Positions 1-8,914 of a DNA stretch of 59,309 bases are shown piece after piece. Both the position numbers and the translations under genes were made by a program. The notes beneath the pieces were generated by a model. That model was given only the letters and a program-made list of their open reading frames with translations. It was not told the DNA's origin and did no database searches. Within the stretch, counting starts at the first letter, position 1; each line of letters begins with the position of its first letter. Where the stretch lies: positions 1 through 59,309 of the IMG/VR virus record IMGVR_UViG_3300025012_000917; one strand, written 5' to 3'. Origin of the DNA: a virus (Duplodnaviria > Caudoviricetes).

Positions 1-2325
1 AAACTCCTGTGCCCAGATCTGCATCAGCCCGTGAAAATAGAGGTATATTTTGTTGTTGTCGACAACCCAATAATTTTCATCGATAAGCTTCCTTGTTTTT
101 AAGACTCCAAGATCCTCCAGAAAAACGCTGATGGCTTGTTCCTCTCCATGCTCGGATTGAACTGTTTTAGTCTCTTTGGAAATCCATTCGGCAAACGTTA
201 AATCATCCCCAAATGCAAGCGTGTATCCAGCCATGACGGTCGCATAATTGATGGCTGTTCGGTCGTTCACATCAGCCTTGATGAAGTAGGTCTTCCACTC
301 TTCCATCGATTGCATGAACCGTGATGTAATGCTATGTTTTTTCTTAAGTACGCCATACACGTGTGCCGAAAAATTGGTGCGGTGAGCCATCATCCATGAG
401 AAATTATTCACCAATCGTTTAGCCCTTGAGATAAAGATCACGATGCACCGCGAAAGCAGCGCCCCGTCTTTCGGGGTCTCTTCTCCCGATATGATAAGCG
501 TCCCGCGCACTTTCGCCTCACGTAGGCCATGCTCGCTTTCTTTAACCCCTTTGCCAGCGCTCTGCCGGTTGTACACGTTGCGCAGGAAACCGTTTTTGTA
601 GGCAATATCTTTGGTATTCCGATACTCATCCAGCCCGAAGGGAAGACAGCTGTAATACGCAAGGCTGCGCTGAATCGCGACGGGGGTGGTCTGGCTGATC
701 GCCTTTGCCGAATTCTCGATCCCGAAGAAATTCATCACCCATTCTGCGATAGTCGATTTCCCGGACTGCCACCGGCCTGTTACGAAGAGGAAAGGAAATG
801 ATCGATATACCGCGAAAATTTCTTCCATGAACAAAACAGAAGTGATCCATCCGATGATAAGATTCGATTCATTCTCGCCAATGATCTCACTCATTCTTTT
901 CTTAAACTCTACGATGTCAAATCCAGAGCCAAGATGCATATAGGGCATACCTTCCATGATGCCGCCTTTAGCGCTGAGCGGAATCGGTTTGATCCCTTTT
1001 TTATCTAGCCAGAAAATATTATTCTTATCCGGCCGTATTTCAGATCCGTCTTCTTTCACCGCAACGTTTCCAAATAGCCAGATTTTTTCGCGGTCAAGCC
1101 ATCCGATATGATCACTTTCGATGATGAACCTTCCCTCATCCATCATTAAAAACTCAGATTCCCAAATGGTCAGCAGATCGTCCGTGTTGCCGCGCCAAAT
1201 GAAATCCCCTTTATTCAAAACAAACGTGCGGAATGCATCGCCTGAGGCCATGGCTTCTGAGGATATTGTGAATGGAGATGAATGCCGTCCAAATTCATTG
1301 ACTAGCTCGATTTCTCGTTTTACTCCTTCAGGGGTGTCATGAGTAGCAACTACTCGCATCACGAAATTTGAGATCGCAATGTCGAAGGACCCTTTGTTCG
1401 TCTGTTTGGTGACGATATAGCGGTTGAACTGTTTATGGATTTTAGAGCGATGATGTTTTTGGCTCTGCTTGCGCAGTACCATCTGCTTAGCTTCAGAGGA
1501 TAGTTCCCGAAGATAGTCGTTGCGAGGGACAGCGTCATAGACGATTTTTTTCATCTCGCCTTGCGTGCGCAGTTGCGCAGCGGCTCCGTCGATATCAATC
1601 TTCCCATTTTCTTTCCACCCATCCGGAAGCGTGGCGATCACCACCTCAAATGCTCCCTCTTTTTCAAGCCGGGAGGCCATGTAATAAGCGTAGAACTGAG
1701 TGTCGTATCGGTTATTGGGGTTTGCTTTGTACCGCTCCGTGATATTGGGGTCGTCTTTCGTTTCGTTATCAAAAAGAATAACGATTCGTTTGACGTCATA
1801 TGCTTTTAATTTTTTACTGAGGTCTGGGAATTTGTTTTCTGAGAACGAGGAGATCCCAGGGATTGAGATCGTGGGGAAACCGTACTGAACAGCGGCCACC
1901 GCCTTGAACTCGCCCTCTGTCAGAATAATCTCATAGGGTTTATCCCTGAGGTTCCATTCCTGAAATACTTCGCTAGGAAGCCCTGAAAACCCCAATTTGT
2001 GCGGCCTGACATAATACACCTCTCCCTCAAAATTGCGGTAAGGAATAAGAATGTTTGAAACCTTTTTATCGCCGATCGTATTCTCTTCCCGCAGAAGGAT
2101 AGGGTTTACGCGCACGCGTTTTCCGTCATGGATGAACACGCCGGAGAGTACGAGATCTTGCTCACGCACTCCTCCGCTCTCCATGATTTTTACGAATTCT
2201 TCTTCAAAAGATAATAGGTGGGGACCTCCGGATCCGAACCCGAAAAGCTTAATCGTCTGTTCGGAGAGGCCACGCTTATTGATAAGCTCTTCCTTGTGCT
2301 TATCCGTAAGCGTGGCCATTTCCAT
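1..2325 (-). CDS. DNA primase-helicase (DUF3854-type TOPRIM plus P-loop helicase), 3' truncated by window edge
   Basis: Absent from the ORF track because it has no stop in the window. Translated by hand from ATG at 2325: MEMATLTDKHKEELINKRGLS...IILTEGEFKA...IVIFFDNE (TOPRIM) and FLFVTGRWQSGKST (Walker A) ...LDEYRN (Walker B). Frame spot-checked, reads through to base 1. Confidence 0.85.
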   Translation of the reverse strand, partial: MEMATLTDKHKEELINKRGLSEQTIKLFGFGSGGPHLLSFEEEFVKIMESGGVREQDLVLSGVFIHDGKRVRVNPILLREENTIGDKKVSNILIPYRNFEGEVYYVRPHKLGFSGLPSEVFQEWNLRDKPYEIILTEGEFKAVAAVQYGFPTISIPGISSFSENKFPDLSKKLKAYDVKRIVILFDNETKDDPNITERYKANPNNRYDTQFYAYYMASRLEKEGAFEVVIATLPDGWKENGKIDIDGAAAQLRTQGEMKKIVYDAVPRNDYLRELSSEAKQMVLRKQSQKHHRSKIHKQFNRYIVTKQTNKGSFDIAISNFVMRVVATHDTPEGVKREIELVNEFGRHSSPFTISSEAMASGDAFRTFVLNKGDFIWRGNTDDLLTIWESEFLMMDEGRFIIESDHIGWLDREKIWLFGNVAVKEDGSEIRPDKNNIFWLDKKGIKPIPLSAKGGIMEGMPYMHLGSGFDIVEFKKRMSEIIGENESNLIIGWITSVLFMEEIFAVYRSFPFLFVTGRWQSGKSTIAEWVMNFFGIENSAKAISQTTPVAIQRSLAYYSCLPFGLDEYRNTKDIAYKNGFLRNVYNRQSAGKGVKESEHGLREAKVRGTLIISGEETPKDGALLSRCIVIFISRAKRLVNNFSWMMAHRTNFSAHVYGVLKKKHSITSRFMQSMEEWKTYFIKADVNDRTAINYATVMAGYTLAFGDDLTFAEWISKETKTVQSEHGEEQAISVFLEDLGVLKTRKLIDENYWVVDNNKIYLYFHGLMQIWAQEF

Positions 2326-2361
2326 CAGGCGTGCATAAATCGCCTTGAAAGACACGACTCC

Positions 2362-3111
2362 TTAATCCCAGGGATTTTTGGTGGTCTGAGGCTGTGCGGT
2401 CTCTTCTTCGCTTTCTTCGTGGACTTTCAGCTCCTTGCCGGCGAAAGTCTTGTAGATGCTCTCGGCTTTCTGAAACTCATCTTTCGGGCATTGTCCGCAT
2501 TGTTCCACGACGAGCACGAAATACTGCTGCTTAGCGTCATTTTGTTCTTTTTTAGAACGCAGCCGGTAGCGCCATGAGAACAAATCACCTGGCGCGAACT
2601 GCGTCATGGTGCTGAGGGCTTTCCCGGCCTTAAATGATGTCTTCCCGAAACTGATCACGATCGGCATGCTGTGACCTGGGACGAGAGCCAGATAGTTGAT
2701 AAACTTCGTGGCTTTCGGCGGTTCGCTCTTCGGTCCCCATGCGCCCTCGGCAATCACACGCGGATCAGATGGATTGTTTGAACGCCAAATAATCGCACCC
2801 GCTTCAAACTCTGGGTTGAAATCCGGGTCCTTATCGCTTTGCGGATTGAACCTGAGCCAATTCACCGATCGCATGATTGGGATGAAGGTGATCCATCCTT
2901 GATCGTCTTTCGGCAGTTCTTCTTTGGTGATCGAGTTCAGGATCATCCCTTGAAAGAACCGTTTCGGGTCATCCTGCACTTCTGGGGAGAGCGCCTGTAA
3001 AAGCTTGGCGCGCGGGATCATGAGATCCGAATTATCGACCGGCGTCTCATGTCCTCTCCGAGATGATACGTCAATGGCTGATTCTTCTTTTCTTGCGAGA
3101 TCTTCGGTCAT
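2362..3111 (-). CDS. putative phage single-stranded DNA-binding protein
   Basis: DLMIPRAKLLQALSPEV N-terminal motif, acidic tail ending in aromatic PWD, adjacent to primase. Confidence 0.6.
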   Translation of the reverse strand: MTEDLARKEESAIDVSSRRGHETPVDNSDLMIPRAKLLQALSPEVQDDPKRFFQGMILNSITKEELPKDDQGWITFIPIMRSVNWLRFNPQSDKDPDFNPEFEAGAIIWRSNNPSDPRVIAEGAWGPKSEPPKATKFINYLALVPGHSMPIVISFGKTSFKAGKALSTMTQFAPGDLFSWRYRLRSKKEQNDAKQQYFVLVVEQCGQCPKDEFQKAESIYKTFAGKELKVHEESEEETAQPQTTKNPWD

Positions 3112-3554
3112 AACGACTCCTCTTGTTTTTGTTCGGGTTTGGTGTACATGACGGACGGTTGGTAATAAATCTCGATGAACTCAGGGATCACTGTGCCTTC
3201 CGCAAGTTTTTCTTTCAAGAAACTTGCGAACGTGCCCGGATGAATCGCTTCTTTGATACAAGCCTCGCCGCCGTTCTCACGCACAAACTCATACACCCGC
3301 GCTTTGTTTTCTTCGGCATATTTCGGGCGCGGCGTTGGCGCTTTGACAGTCAAGAGCCCGAGATCGTCGTATCGTCCTGTAGATTTTTTGCCGCAATCAT
3401 TCAGGTATTCGACGATCAGGTTGGTCGCCTTCTCTAGCTCTTCTTCTGCTCGTGTTTTCAACCGTGACATTTCGTCTTTCCAGAACCGCGCGCGCGCGTA
3501 TCGCTCGAACAGCTCACGCTCTCTTACATCGGTTATCGCTTTGGTTTGTTCCAT
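3108..3554 (-). CDS. conserved phage replication-region hypothetical protein
   Basis: 148 aa, coiled-coil N-terminus, GGAGG RBS, ATGA overlap with SSB gene. Confidence 0.6.
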   Translation of the reverse strand: MEQTKAITDVRERELFERYARARFWKDEMSRLKTRAEEELEKATNLIVEYLNDCGKKSTGRYDDLGLLTVKAPTPRPKYAEENKARVYEFVRENGGEACIKEAIHPGTFASFLKEKLAEGTVIPEFIEIYYQPSVMYTKPEQKQEESL

Positions 3555-3584
3555 GTTACGCCTCCTTGTTTTTAGTTTTTTAAT

Positions 3585-4646
3585 TTAAAAGCATTCTTTA
3601 ATCATCTGTATTATTTTTTGCACCTCCCCAATCGAACGGCAAACAAAAGCTTTGCCATTCGCGTTTTTTATTCTATCAATTTGAAATTTCTGAATTGGTG
3701 ACGCGAAACCTGGAAATATCTTCAATTCGATTGCAACAAAAAAACCTAAAACCGTTCCTATAAAATCTGGAATTCCAGAAGCTTGAGAATTATGACCATG
3801 TATTTTGAACATATAAACACCTGGCTCGCTTTTAAAAAATTTTAAACATTGTTCCTTTAATGATGTTTCTTTTAGAGCAAGAGAACCATCTCTTAAAAAA
3901 ACATGGAAATCTTTATGGCATTGCCAACAAAGAGTAATTCCATTAGATGATTTTAGAGCTAATTTTGGAGCTTCTTTAAATGGAATAATATGATGGGCTG
4001 TAAGTTTACCTTTTGAAATTTCGGACGATTTTTTAAAGCAAGATTGACAGGTATAACCATCTCTTTCAAACACTTTCTTTCTCCATAATTTATACAAAGG
4101 ATGTGTTCGTACTCGCATTTTCCAATCAGTCATTCCTCCTTTCCAGAAATGACTTCCACTTCCAGATTGTCTTAATGATTGCATTTTTCGATAGCAAGCT
4201 TCTGAACAATATTTATTTGGGTTTTTTTTGTCAGTCGTATATTCAACAAAACAAACTGAGCATCGTTTTACAATAATATAATAAGCTCTACGACATTCGC
4301 TGCTGCAATATTTATTCCCACCTTTCAAAATAGGCTTTTCACAGTAAAAACAAATTCTAGCTACTTTTTTACAATCAAAAGAACAAAATTTCTGAAATCT
4401 TCTTGATTCGTATACATAAAATAATTTATCGCATCTCTCGCATTTTTTTTCTATTTTAGGTTTAAGCGATCTTTTTGATTCCTTGAATTCACTTATTCCG
4501 TTTTTCCAATTCGGATTCGATTCTCCTACCAATCTGTCCTGATAAGCTAAAGCCATACATTCTCTAGAACAATAGACTCTCTTTGAAAAATGAGAAAGCT
4601 TTACCATGAATTCGTTAGAGCAAATAGAGCAAATTTTACTAATCAT
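3585..4646 (-). CDS. HNH endonuclease with Zn-finger repeats fused to C-terminal VRR-NUC (Holliday junction resolvase-like) domain
   Basis: Repeated CxxC...[YF]CSxxC; VFERDGYTCQSC...AHHIIPF...NGITLCWQCH (HNH); GIPDFIG...FVAIELK (PD-(D/E)xK VRR-NUC); AT-rich. Confidence 0.85.
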   Translation of the reverse strand: MISKICSICSNEFMVKLSHFSKRVYCSRECMALAYQDRLVGESNPNWKNGISEFKESKRSLKPKIEKKCERCDKLFYVYESRRFQKFCSFDCKKVARICFYCEKPILKGGNKYCSSECRRAYYIIVKRCSVCFVEYTTDKKNPNKYCSEACYRKMQSLRQSGSGSHFWKGGMTDWKMRVRTHPLYKLWRKKVFERDGYTCQSCFKKSSEISKGKLTAHHIIPFKEAPKLALKSSNGITLCWQCHKDFHVFLRDGSLALKETSLKEQCLKFFKSEPGVYMFKIHGHNSQASGIPDFIGTVLGFFVAIELKIFPGFASPIQKFQIDRIKNANGKAFVCRSIGEVQKIIQMIKECF

Positions 4647-4757
4647 TTTTATAGATCATCCTCATTCATGAGGTGCGAATTATATACCTATAGTTTATTT
4701 AAACAAACTTATTATTTTCTGTTTTTTTACTTTCTCGTTATCCCGCGAGGGGATGGT

Positions 4758-4964
4758 TTATTGTTCAAGAATTTTTAGCATCTCGATACGGTAATCATCC
4801 CATCCATCAGCTAATTCTTCATCGTCTTCATAATCTTTCACACTCGCACTTTCCGGCATAGATTCTTTGATTATTTCCAAAATACCTTTTTTTAAAATCT
4901 CTCTTCTCTCTCCATCAATAGCGGCGAGCATAAGAAGATTATTAATCTTATCTTTAAGCGTCAT
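4758..4964 (-). CDS. hypothetical protein
   Basis: 68 aa ORF, GGAGGGG RBS, overlapped start/stop. Confidence 0.6.
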   Translation of the reverse strand: MTLKDKINNLLMLAAIDGERREILKKGILEIIKESMPESASVKDYEDDEELADGWDDYRIEMLKILEQ

Positions 4965-5299
4965 TTCCCCTCCTCGATTTCTTTCAGGGTTTCTCTAGCT
5001 TCAACATAATGTTTAATGGCATAAGAAGAACCTAAAGAATTATTTAATAAAGCGGGATCACATTTCATCATGTTTTTTAATACTCCAATTGCCTTTTCCA
5101 GCTTGGCTTCTAGCTTATGTACCATTTCTCCCAATTTATCCGATTCTGAGCCGAATATTTTATGTGCTGTATCTAAAGCTTTAGTTAGTTCCAAGTTCTT
5201 TTCTTCTAGTTCCTCGATCTTTGACTCCCAAAACTTACAGCACTGACAATTATCCCAAGGGCAATTACATTCTTCTTCGTCTTTTTGTCGTGGGGTCAT
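4961..5299 (-). CDS. hypothetical coiled-coil protein with Cys cluster
   Basis: Start moved to MTPRQK, which follows a GGAGGT RBS. Confidence 0.6.
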   Translation of the reverse strand: MTPRQKDEEECNCPWDNCQCCKFWESKIEELEEKNLELTKALDTAHKIFGSESDKLGEMVHKLEAKLEKAIGVLKNMMKCDPALLNNSLGSSYAIKHYVEARETLKEIEEGK

Positions 5300-5301
5300 G
5301 G

Positions 5302-5466
5302 TTAAAATACCTCCAATTGTAAAGACCCGCAACTACATTGAGCTGGATTTGATTCATGAGCACCTTCTCGCCGTATTCCACCACCCCAATTTCTCCTAAC
5401 CCAAAATCTCTTTTGGCAACGTTTGCAGATAACCTCAAATCTTGCGCCTGTATCTTGGATGCTCAT
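5302..5466 (-). CDS. small Zn-ribbon hypothetical protein (54 aa)
   Basis: Hand-translated MSIQDTGARFEVICKRCQK...QCSCGSLQLEVF; fills the gap between coupled genes. Confidence 0.55.
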   Translation of the reverse strand: MSIQDTGARFEVICKRCQKRFWVRRNWGGGIRREGAHESNPAQCSCGSLQLEVF

Positions 5467-5708
5467 ATCTTCTCCTTAATCCTTTCTCGAATACCAAATT
5501 TTCTACGGATTGAATTTCCCATAAAGCTTGGATGGCCAGTGGCCTTGTCCATAGCATCACAATGATTAGCGCATTCCTCCAACGCCTCATTCCTCGCCTC
5601 GAGGAGGGCTTCCTCTAAGCAAAATCTACAGGCTCCGCCCATTCTTGGGTAACAATGGTCACACTTCTCAGCTACTTCCTTTGCCCTTTCCTCAATTGTT
5701 TTCTTCAT
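5463..5708 (-). CDS. hypothetical phage protein
   Basis: 81 aa, ARNEALEECA motif common in small phage proteins. Confidence 0.6.
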   Translation of the reverse strand: MKKTIEERAKEVAEKCDHCYPRMGGACRFCLEEALLEARNEALEECANHCDAMDKATGHPSFMGNSIRRKFGIRERIKEKI

Positions 5709-5881
5709 GGAGTTACCGTCTTTTTTAATTGCTCATCAAGTAATCGTTCTTGTTTTTCTAGGACCCGTCTTCTTAATTCTTTTTCTTCGCAATCATCACA
5801 TCGAGCGATACTCCCCATCCAAAAACCGCCACAAATCATTTTATATCCGACAGCACTTCCCAAATATTCTCCACAACTCAT
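5705..5881 (-). CDS. small Cys-containing hypothetical protein (58 aa)
   Basis: Hand-translated MSCGEYLG...ARCDDCEEK; ATGA-coupled at both ends; RBS lies in repeat R1. Confidence 0.55.
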   Translation of the reverse strand: MSCGEYLGSAVGYKMICGGFWMGSIARCDDCEEKELRRRVLEKQERLLDEQLKKTVTP

Positions 5882-5912
5882 CTCTCACCCCTTCTCTTTT
5901 TGGCGGTTGGTT
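5877..5912. repeat. direct repeat R1 copy 1 (36 bp, contains RBS and ATG on minus strand)
   Basis: ctcatctctcaccccttctctttttggCggttggtt; matches 7873-7908 with 1 mismatch. Confidence 0.9.
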
Positions 5913-6072
5913 GTTCTTCTACAACTTGAATCTTTACTTTTTTTATCCAAATTTGCTTTACGTTATCAGCCCGCGTCCCGCAAATCGCTCCCCTGGCCTC
6001 ATTTTTAAATTTCCAAAAAGATTTTGGGATATCATCCTCAATAATCATAAACCCATAATATTCATTCTTCAT
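5878..6072 (-). CDS. hypothetical protein
   Basis: 64 aa, RBS in repeat R2. Confidence 0.55.
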   Translation of the reverse strand: MKNEYYGFMIIEDDIPKSFWKFKNEARGAICGTRADNVKQIWIKKVKIQVVEEQPTAKKRRGER

Positions 6073-6074
6073 CC

Positions 6075-6098
6075 CACCACCCCCAAGCCTTTAGTTAG
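6075..6098. repeat. direct repeat R2 copy 1 (24 bp, stop codon plus RBS on minus strand)
   Basis: caccaccCccaagcctttagttag; matches 8520-8543 with 1 mismatch. Confidence 0.9.
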
Positions 6099-6238
6099 AC
6101 TAAAAATCTTTTAATTATAAATCCGACTACTGTGCCAAGAATAAAAATTGAAATCCCTCCCCAACTTGGGGATAGCGGAATCATTCCCCAGATTATCCCG
6201 ACAAGAAAAACTAATAAAAGTTCTAAATATAAACTCAC
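6095..6238 (-). CDS. small membrane protein (47 aa, GTG start)
   Basis: Hand-translated MSLYLELLLVFLVGIIWGMIPLSPSWGGISIFILGTVVGFIIKRFLV; two hydrophobic segments. Confidence 0.55.
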   Translation of the reverse strand: MSLYLELLLVFLVGIIWGMIPLSPSWGGISIFILGTVVGFIIKRFLV

Positions 6239-6360
6239 TTCGGCCTCAACAACACCATCATCTCAGCCGAGATGGCATAAATTAAAGTGGTTAATAAAAA
6301 CCATTTATTCATGTTTTGATCTTTATGCAGATAAAAAATAAACCAAAGAACAATGGCCAT
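6235..6360 (-). CDS. small membrane peptide, MALxLW family paralog 3 (41 aa)
   Basis: MAIVLWFIFY...IYAISAEMMVLLRPK; preceded by AAATAAC like its paralogs. Confidence 0.55.
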   Translation of the reverse strand: MAIVLWFIFYLHKDQNMNKWFLLTTLIYAISAEMMVLLRPK

Positions 6361-6361
6361 G

Positions 6362-6499
6362 TTATTTCAACCTCCACAAAAACACCACGTCGAACATGAG
6401 GGCGTAAAATTGCAATAAAATAACTTCAATTTGGATAGCCCATCCACATTTAAAATGCTCTGCCAATATTAGAGCGAGCAACCAAAGCATCAGTGCCAT
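6362..6499 (-). CDS. small membrane peptide, MALxLW family paralog 2 (45 aa)
   Basis: MALMLWLLAL...FYALMFDVVFLWRLK. Confidence 0.6.
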   Translation of the reverse strand: MALMLWLLALILAEHFKCGWAIQIEVILLQFYALMFDVVFLWRLK

Positions 6500-6512
6500 G
6501 TTATTTAACCCT

Positions 6513-6737
6513 CTACGGATTTTCTCCTGTGCCGTTGCAATCCTCACACTTAATTTCTCCGGAACCTTCGCACTTCCCACATTCATGATCTCCATAACCC
6601 CTGCAGGTTTTGCAAGCTTTAGCTTTTTTCTCAATTTCTTTTTCGTGCCTTTTAATTGCTTCCAACTGTTCTAAATTCCCAAACTCAAGACGGACTTTAT
6701 TAGTTATCAAATCCTCAAATTTAATACGCATATTCAC
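6513..6737 (-). CDS. DnaJ-type zinc finger small protein
   Basis: CKTCRGYG, CGKCEGSG, CEDCNGTG (CxxCxGxG repeats). Confidence 0.7.
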   Translation of the reverse strand: MNMRIKFEDLITNKVRLEFGNLEQLEAIKRHEKEIEKKAKACKTCRGYGDHECGKCEGSGEIKCEDCNGTGENP

Positions 6738-7507
6738 CCCTCAAGCTCCTTTTCTGAGCACTGCTTCATATCTTCCAAAGCTTTCTCATTTTCGTCAAAA
6801 AATCTTGGAGGGTAAACTCTTATCGAGCTTGAAGCTTTGTAAATTTGCATAGCGGCAAACAAAGTGGACGTTTTTTCTTCAAGGTTCCTTCCTTCTTTCC
6901 CCGCCAAAGTCACAACCCATCCAGCGCGGCAATGCGTTGTTTCGCACGTGTGCCAATTTCGCATATCCAAAGCACCTTTATCAGACGCCGCCGCAAAAAC
7001 TTTTTGGTGGACATTTTCAATTTTTGGAACTTCTGGAAATTCGTGTTTTTCTTTTTTGTCTTTCGATTGTTTTGCAGACAAATTATTCTTGCCGACACAG
7101 TCACTACAGCCGATACAGTCGCTACAGTCTCTACAGCCGATACAGTCGCTGCAACCGCTACAGTCTCTACAGCCGCTACAGTCGCTACAGCCGACACAGT
7201 CACTACAGCCGATACAGTCGCTACAGCCTCTACAGCCGATACAGTCGCTACAGCGGATACAGCCTCTACAGCCGCTACAGTCGCTACAGCCGATACAGTC
7301 GCTACAGCGGATACAGTCGCTACAGTCTCTACAGCCGATACAGTCGCTACAGTCGCTACAGTCTCTACAATTCCAACATCCTTCATTCCTCTTGTTTTCT
7401 TTTTCGTAATTAGGGTTATCTTTCGCAAACTCCGAGCTAACCCCGTTAACTTCTTTATCTTTTCTGTTTGAAAATTCTAAATAGTCTTTAAAGATTTCTG
7501 TTTTCAT
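6734..7507 (-). CDS. Cys-rich (Cxx)n repeat protein with conserved phage C-terminal domain
   Basis: 32 consecutive Cxx triplets; C-terminal LDMRNWHTCETTHCRAGW motif. Confidence 0.8.
   Translation of the reverse strand: MKTEIFKDYLEFSNRKDKEVNGVSSEFAKDNPNYEKENKRNEGCWNCRDCSDCSDCIGCRDCSDCIRCSDCIGCSDCSGCRGCIRCSDCIGCRGCSDCIGCSDCVGCSDCSGCRDCSGCSDCIGCRDCSDCIGCSDCVGKNNLSAKQSKDKKEKHEFPEVPKIENVHQKVFAAASDKGALDMRNWHTCETTHCRAGWVVTLAGKEGRNLEEKTSTLFAAMQIYKASSSIRVYPPRFFDENEKALEDMKQCSEKELEG
7091..7378. repeat. degenerate 9-bp coding tandem repeat (32 units)
   Basis: Units such as gtcgctaca, gccgataca and gtctctaca encode CSD, CIG and CRD on the minus strand. Confidence 0.9.
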
Positions 7508-7508
7508 A

Positions 7509-7877
7509 TTACTTCCTCTCCTTCATTAGCTCTGGATTTTCATAAATGTTCCCGAGGATTTCAGCAGCTTCGTTAAAATTTCTCAAAGCGTAAGTCCACC
7601 ATTCAGGCGTAGTGCCGCGTCCACATTGAAACATTCCATCTTTAAAGCCAACACACAAATTGACCACGCTTTTAAACGGAGGAGTATATTCTGGATGGCT
7701 AAAAATATCCCCCTCATAAATCTCTTTCCCATTTTTGTCATAAAGTCCGGCGTATTGCATAATCTCCGGCTCTTCATCAAACAGTGCGATCACATGGAAA
7801 AACTCAAGAGGACTGTCTTTTTGATAAAACAGTTCTTTCTTTTTCTTATCCCAAGCCCTGAATTTAATCTCTCTCAT
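7509..7877 (-). CDS. YopX family protein
   Basis: MREIKFRAWDK...MQYAGLYDKNGKEIYEGDI...EILGNIYENPELM. Confidence 0.92.
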   Translation of the reverse strand: MREIKFRAWDKKKKELFYQKDSPLEFFHVIALFDEEPEIMQYAGLYDKNGKEIYEGDIFSHPEYTPPFKSVVNLCVGFKDGMFQCGRGTTPEWWTYALRNFNEAAEILGNIYENPELMKERK

Positions 7878-7908
7878 CTCTCACCCCTTCTCTTTTTGGA
7901 GGTTGGTT
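7873..7908. repeat. direct repeat R1 copy 2
   Basis: ctcatctctcaccccttctctttttggAggttggtt. Confidence 0.9.
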
Positions 7909-8518
7909 ATTGATTCGCTTCAAAGAATGCTTTGGCGAAGTTTTGGCTGCACAGAGATCTGAAAGACATATCATCCTCAACTTGGAAGATATCAAACTCT
8001 CGAATAAATTTCTTAGCAGACTTATGTAGAAAAGCCATTGAAGGCTTCGGCCTTCCTGGACGGATATAAAGATTTTTGTTCTTAGGGACTGCGTACCAAG
8101 AGCTGAACCTTTTAGATGGTATATTAAACTTCCCCCATAGGGCTGTCCTCTTAGTCCACGGGCTTCCATACTCCCAAGGCTCATAAACTAATGTTGGATT
8201 CCCTAAAAATTCTTTCAGCCTTCCAGATGCGGGATTCTCAATAACCCAAAATTTAGGATTACATTTTTTGATAATCCTGAGACAATGATTAACCAAAAAC
8301 ATCCCTTTATCAGTATCCAGTTTCTTGTGGAACCCTGATGCGATACTAAATTCGGTGCATACCGGGTTTGCAATAATTCCATAAGCTTCATGTTCCGGGA
8401 AGTAATTCTCCACACCGATAGTTTTGTTGATTCTCAAAACATTGTAGCCGGCATCTACATAAGGCCGACTATCGCTTCCAATATCAGCGCAAAGATGCAA
8501 GATCGTTCTTTCCTTCAC
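7907..8518 (-). CDS. short phage C5 DNA cytosine methyltransferase-like protein
   Basis: Motif IV NPVCTEFS, motif VI VIENP, divergent motif I LHLCADIG. Confidence 0.75.
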   Translation of the reverse strand: MKERTILHLCADIGSDSRPYVDAGYNVLRINKTIGVENYFPEHEAYGIIANPVCTEFSIASGFHKKLDTDKGMFLVNHCLRIIKKCNPKFWVIENPASGRLKEFLGNPTLVYEPWEYGSPWTKRTALWGKFNIPSKRFSSWYAVPKNKNLYIRPGRPKPSMAFLHKSAKKFIREFDIFQVEDDMSFRSLCSQNFAKAFFEANQ

Positions 8519-8519
8519 T

Positions 8520-8543
8520 CACCACCTCCAAGCCTTTAGTTAG
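8520..8543. repeat. direct repeat R2 copy 2
   Basis: caccaccTccaagcctttagttag. Confidence 0.9.
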
Positions 8544-8806
8544 GCGGATTTCAAAAACTTCTTAATTGATTCTTTAGCTCTGTCAATGTTTTCTTGCCGC
8601 CACCCTCTGCAAAATGGCCTTTCACACATTTCTCCATCCTGCCATTGATCGCCGCAATTAGTACAAGTCGTATGCCACCCATACCATTCCTGAAACCAAG
8701 AATAAAAACGCCTTCTACTTTTGCAAGTAGGGCAGTATTTAAGAGAAACTTTTTCTTTGTCTTTTATTGACCAACAAACTTGCAATGTGTTCACATTAAT
8801 CTCCAT
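8540..8806 (-). CDS. Zn-ribbon hypothetical protein
   Basis: CPTC...CTNC motifs. Confidence 0.6.
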   Translation of the reverse strand: MEINVNTLQVCWSIKDKEKVSLKYCPTCKSRRRFYSWFQEWYGWHTTCTNCGDQWQDGEMCERPFCRGWRQENIDRAKESIKKFLKSA

Positions 8807-8913
8807 AGAAACACCACGTCGAACGCCATGGCATAAAAATATGTGAATATTGCGAAATAAGGGGTTTTAGATTTTAAACCCTTTGCGGCGATTAGCCATA
8901 GCATCAGCGCCAT
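8791..8913 (-). CDS. small membrane peptide, MALxLW family paralog 1 (40 aa)
   Basis: Hand-translated MALMLWLIAAKG...FYAMAFDVVFLWRLM; shares ends with 6362..6499. Confidence 0.6.
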   Translation of the reverse strand: MALMLWLIAAKGLKSKTPYFAIFTYFYAMAFDVVFLWRLM

Positions 8914-8914
8914 G

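Noticed and set aside
438-2577. Short ORFs listed in the track over 438-2577
   Set aside because: They overlap the long minus-strand primase-helicase (1-2325), which the track omitted because it lacks a stop in the window, or the SSB gene.
7091-7378. Repeat array as a CRISPR array, or as coding in other frames (TVATVS, QSLQP, YSRYSR ORFs)
   Set aside because: The period is 9 bp with no unique spacers and there are no cas genes. The alternative ORFs are shadows of the stop-free repeat; only the Cys frame has sensible flanking domains and coupling.
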